Shown piece by piece: positions 59,585-64,000 of a stretch of 64,000 nt of DNA. The notes under the pieces are model-generated. The model did not search any database. It saw nothing but the letters and a program-made list of their open reading frames with translations, and was not told the DNA's origin. The DNA is taken from contig OZ024741.1 of assembly GCA_964016885.1 (NCBI GenBank), positions 93,000,001-93,064,000 of the forward strand, written 5' to 3'. The position numbers were made by a program, and so were the translations under genes. The stretch is from Eledone cirrhosa. Taxonomy: Eukaryota. How positions within the stretch are numbered: position 1 is the stretch's first letter; every line of letters begins with the position of its first letter.

Positions 59585-60602
59585 ATCATCATCATCATCA
59601 TCATCATCAACGTTTAACGTCCGTGTTCCACGCTTGCATGGGTTTGGACGGGGGTAGTCCCACTTGAGGCAAGAGTGATTGTCTTGCTCGCATAGGACTG
59701 TCTGGCAGGTTTTCTACAGTTGGATGCCCTTCCTAACACCAACCACATTTACAGTGTGGGTCTGGGAGGTGTTTACCGTGTTGCCTACACGGCCACATTA
59801 CAGCGTGGACTGTGTGTTTTTTAGTCGTGACACCTACACGATCTCATTTGTTTCGGCCTGGATGGCGCGGCACCAACATAACTTTACATAGAACGGGGTG
59901 GTGTGGATGGGGTGGGGGTGGTGGTGGTGGGACGGGGTGTATTTTGTTAGAGATGCCTACTGGCTGGAGTAGGTTCTACTATATATTTAGGTAAGGCGGG
60001 TCTTCTCTGTTACTGAGTACCGCCAAAGGTCTCGGTCCAGTGACATTGTCTTGGAGAGGTGTAAGTGTGTGATGTCGGAGTTTATCAGCTCGTCCCAGGT
60101 TTTTCTAGGTCTGCCTATTCCGTGACTACCGTCTATCTTTATTGCCCTGCACTTTGTTATACAGCTATCGACTTTCATGCGCATCACGTGTCCATACCAA
60201 CGTAGCCTTCTCTCGAGTAAACAACATCTGATCCCTCTTAACTCTAGTTTTTTCCTTAGTTCGTTTATGCTTTGCCGTTCACGTATATTACTGTTACACA
60301 TCCAGCGGAGCATGCAAGCTTCGTTCCTCTCTAGTCTGCGTATATCCTCTGCACACAATGCCCAGGTCTCACTGCCATGCAGCATTGCTGTTCGTATGCA
60401 GGCATCGTACAACCTACCTTTCATTTTTAGGGAGAACCCTTTAGCAGCTAATAGTGGTATAAGCTCTCTGAACTTTTTCCAACCAGTTCTGACTCTAGCT
60501 ACAGTACTTTCAGAGCACCCTCCCCCACTGCTGATTTTATCGCCCAGGTAACGGAAGCTGTCCACTATTTCTATAGAACCCTCTGCGCAATTGAAAGAGC
60601 TA
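59585..60602 (-). mobile_element. RTE family B, 5'-truncated copy
   Basis: 3' UTR plus ORF end VDSFRYLGDK...EKTRLT (59987-60565). Confidence 0.92.
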
Positions 60603-60774
60603 ATATATATATATATATTATATATATATATATATATTATATATTATATATATATAATATTTATATATAATATATATATATATTATATATATATATATAA
60701 TATTTATATATAATATATATATATATTATATATATATATATATATAATATATATTATATATATATAATATATAT

Positions 60775-63700
60775 TCATCATCATCATTTTACGTCCGCTT
60801 TTCCCTGCTTGCAAGGGTGGGACGGGTCTTATTCAGCACAGCATCTCTCCACTCGTCACGGTCCCTCGTCATCTCCACCGTGAGCTTCAATGATCTGAGG
60901 TCTGTTCTCACCACCTCCGCCCATGTTTTTCGTGGTCTACCTCTACCACGTCTTCCTTCAACTGGCATTTCCTGGCACCTCTTCACCCATCGGTCATCCT
61001 CCATGCGCATCACATGTCCATACCACCTCAGTCTCCTCTCCCGTACACTACATTCTATCCCTCTCAGACACAGTTTCTCTCTCAACACATTTATGCTGGG
61101 TCGTTCACGCACATTTACACTGCACATCCAACGGAGCATGCTTGCCTCATTTCTCTCCAGCCGTCGCATATCTTCTGCGGTAGCTGCCCATGTCTCACTA
61201 CCATGCAGCATCGCGCTCCTCACACAGGCATCATACAACCGGCCTTTCGTACGCAGGGAGAAACCCTTCTTCGTCAACAGAGGAAGCAGCTCCCTAAACT
61301 TCTTCCAACCCGTCCTTATTCTAGATACTATGGCCTCGGAACACCCTCCTCCCATGCTAATCTGATCTCCTAGGTACCGGAAGCTATCCACCACTTCTAT
61401 AGCGCCCTCTCGCATTTGAAAAATGTGTCTATCAGTGCGACTTCTACTGTCTAATTTCCCTGTACATCTACTGCATACATATTTCTCCCTACCTGTTAGT
61501 TTGCCTGCTATCCCGCTACATCTCTTGTGTACCCAGGACCTACATTGTGTGCATTTTATAGAATTTATGCCAGTTCCTTTTCTGCATATCGAACATGGCC
61601 ATTTCCCTGACGGAATCAGGGTTTTGTCCTCTTTTCTACTCATCAACACTTTTGTCTTAGCTAGATTTACTCTCAGTCCTCTTGCTTCCAACTGCTGTTT
61701 CCATAGCCGGAATTTATTCTCTAGCTCCTCTACTGATTCTGCCATAAGAGCCAGATCGTCAGCATAGAGAAGTTCCCCTCACTAAACTCCATTCCTACCC
61801 TGACTTTACTGAGAGTACCTCTGTACAAAGTTTGCACTGTCCTTACAAGCCATTCCTCAACACCCAGCTTCCTTAGGGACCACCAGATGACAGATCGGGG
61901 TACCCTATCAAAGGCCTTCTCTAGGTCAACAAAGGCTAAGTATAGTGGCTTATTCTTCTCTAAGAACCTCTCTTGCATTTGTCTCACCAAGAAGAGGGCA
62001 TCTGTTGTACTCTTCCCAGGCACAAAACCAAACTGCATCTCATCTAGTTTGACCCTTTCTCTAATTAGTTGTGCTAAAATCCTTTCTGCCACTTTCATAA
62101 CCTGATCTATCAGTTTTATACCCCTATAATTGCTCCTCTCCAAAGCATCCCCTTTACCTTTGTAGCAATTTATGAGAATACTGCTGCACCAGTCTTTGGG
62201 TATGACACCACCATATATAGCCTGATTGATTATGCGTGCAACCAGTTTAGTGCCTACGTCCCCTGATGCCTTCAGCATCTCAGCAACTATTCCCGATGGT
62301 CCGGCCGCCTTACCATTTTTCATTTCCCTAATCGCCTCTTGGACCCTATATTCGTCAATCTCAATAGCTGGTCCCTCTGTCGGATCTACCAAGGGTAATT
62401 TCTCTCTCTCCCATTCGTTCTCCACATTCATCAGTCTCTCATAATGACATTTCCAGGCCTCCTTTTTCTGGTCATTCGTGACACTAAGTACACCGGCATC
62501 ATCCCGGACACATTTATCACCAACAACATCCTGATTTGCATTGACACACTGCCTTGCAATGTGGAACACCGCACGCCTCTGATCTTCCCGTCGCAGAACA
62601 TTGGCAAACCTCCTCCTACTCTCTGCCTCCCTGCGTGCTAAGTACACCTGACGTCTAGCTTCTCTCTTAGTGGCTGTATATTCTTCCCTACTCCCACCCT
62701 TATTCCAAGCCTTCCATGCTAGTCTTTTGTCTCTAATAGCCTTATCTACACTGCTGTTCCACCACCAGGTCACTCTCTGTCTGGTTGGAGCTCTGCTCCA
62801 GCCACAGGTTTCATCAGTAGCCTTCAGCAAGTTGTCACGTAAGAACTTCCAGTTATTATCTATGTCATACGTCTCTAAATCGTCTTCTTTTTCGTCATAT
62901 ACATCTTGAAGGGCTTTCCTAAATTTGAATTTTAGTGAAAGGTCTTTTAGCTTCCAGACCTTTCTTCTCCACACCTTCCTATATGTCTCATTCCATCTCT
63001 TGCTTACTGAGATATCACTAACAACTAACCTATGCTGTGGGGTACATTCTTCCCCAGGGTATGCCTTGGTATTAGACACTATCTGCCTGTCCCGCTGCCT
63101 AACTAGCAGGAAGTCAATCTGGCTTATGTGCTCACCAGATTTGTAGGTTATTAGGTGATTGGCAGGTTTCTGGAAGTTTGTGTTGCAAATAGTCAATGTA
63201 CTTGCATCACAAAATTCAAGAAGTCTCACTCCTTCTTCATTTCTTGAACCGTAACCGTGCCCACCATGTACCCCAGTGTAACCATCCTGGAGCTGTCCAA
63301 CATGACCATTGAAGTCTCCTGCTAGCATAACGATGTCTCCGTCCTCTGTCATTGTGGTTGTTTGCAAAACTTGCTCATAAAAGCAGTCTTTCTCATCTTT
63401 GCCTAGGCCTGCTTGGGGAGCATAGACCGAGATGATTGTCAGTAGTCTCCTACCTACAACTAATCTAAGCTTAATTATTCGATTACTAACTCGAACTACC
63501 TCTATTGTCTTATTGATCCATTTCTCAGCCAGGAAAATGCCTACTCCCCCTAACCCATCATTCTTACCTACCCAGAATAGCTTATAGCTAAGACGCTTGC
63601 CTACGACTAGTCTCGCAGAGGCACCCCTCCATCTCACCTCTTGCACGCAGCACACATCCACCTGCCTTCTCTCCAGCATCTCCGCTATTTCAGCAGACCT

Positions 63701-64000
63701 ACCTCTGAGAGTGCCAACATTAAGTGTTGCAACTCTGAGATGCGACGTCTTCATATTTTTTTTTTTCTATGCTGTTTTGTTGCTGTGCTGATAAGCTTTT
63801 TGGCATTGATACACTGGTTGGATGCCCTTCCTAACACCAGCGCCACTTTACAGCATGGTCTGGGTGCTTTTATTTGTGCCACCAGCACTAGAGAGGATGT
63901 CTTACTAGACTCAAGGGCCCTCTCTACCCCTCCATTTTACAGCATGGTCATTAAAAAAAAAAATAAAAAAAAAAAGAAACTTATTGACACGACTCACACA
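60775..64000 (-). mobile_element. RTE family C copy with ~105 bp internal RT deletion, continuing beyond the window
   Basis: ORFs 61730-63754 (APE, RT N-terminal part) and 60789-61745 (RT C-terminal part). The GVHQGSVLSP region is missing at ~61777. Confidence 0.92.

Overview
This is a gene-free, AT-rich eukaryotic repeat region, probably coleoid cephalopod (octopus-like; inferred only from repeat content). Long interrupted (TA)n arrays host a pile-up of mobile elements. There are three RTE-clade LINE families (here A, B, C); A and B each have one copy with an intact ~1040-1060 aa APE+RT ORF, and all three carry a C4HC3 PHD-type finger inside the RT. Also present are tRNA-head/CORE-like SINEs, two Helitrons, and Naiad-like Penelope-like elements (PLEs) with non-coding derivatives. 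By eye I find 12 type-I hammerhead ribozyme copies in four sequence families, plus one half-hammerhead; a few copies carry core or stem mutations. Five independent hammerhead-bearing insertions share a fold-back architecture in which one inverted arm lacks a 74-134 bp tail; the largest has ~4.07 kb near-perfect arms. One 536-bp hammerhead tandem looks like a retrozyme. A covarying tandem-pseudoknot RNA module sits in the 5' UTR of one LINE family, the 3' UTR of two others and the body of a SINE. A 200-N gap is flanked by a probable false duplication. No host gene, rRNA, true tRNA or CRISPR array is supported. All structures were read manually, without folding software or database searches.
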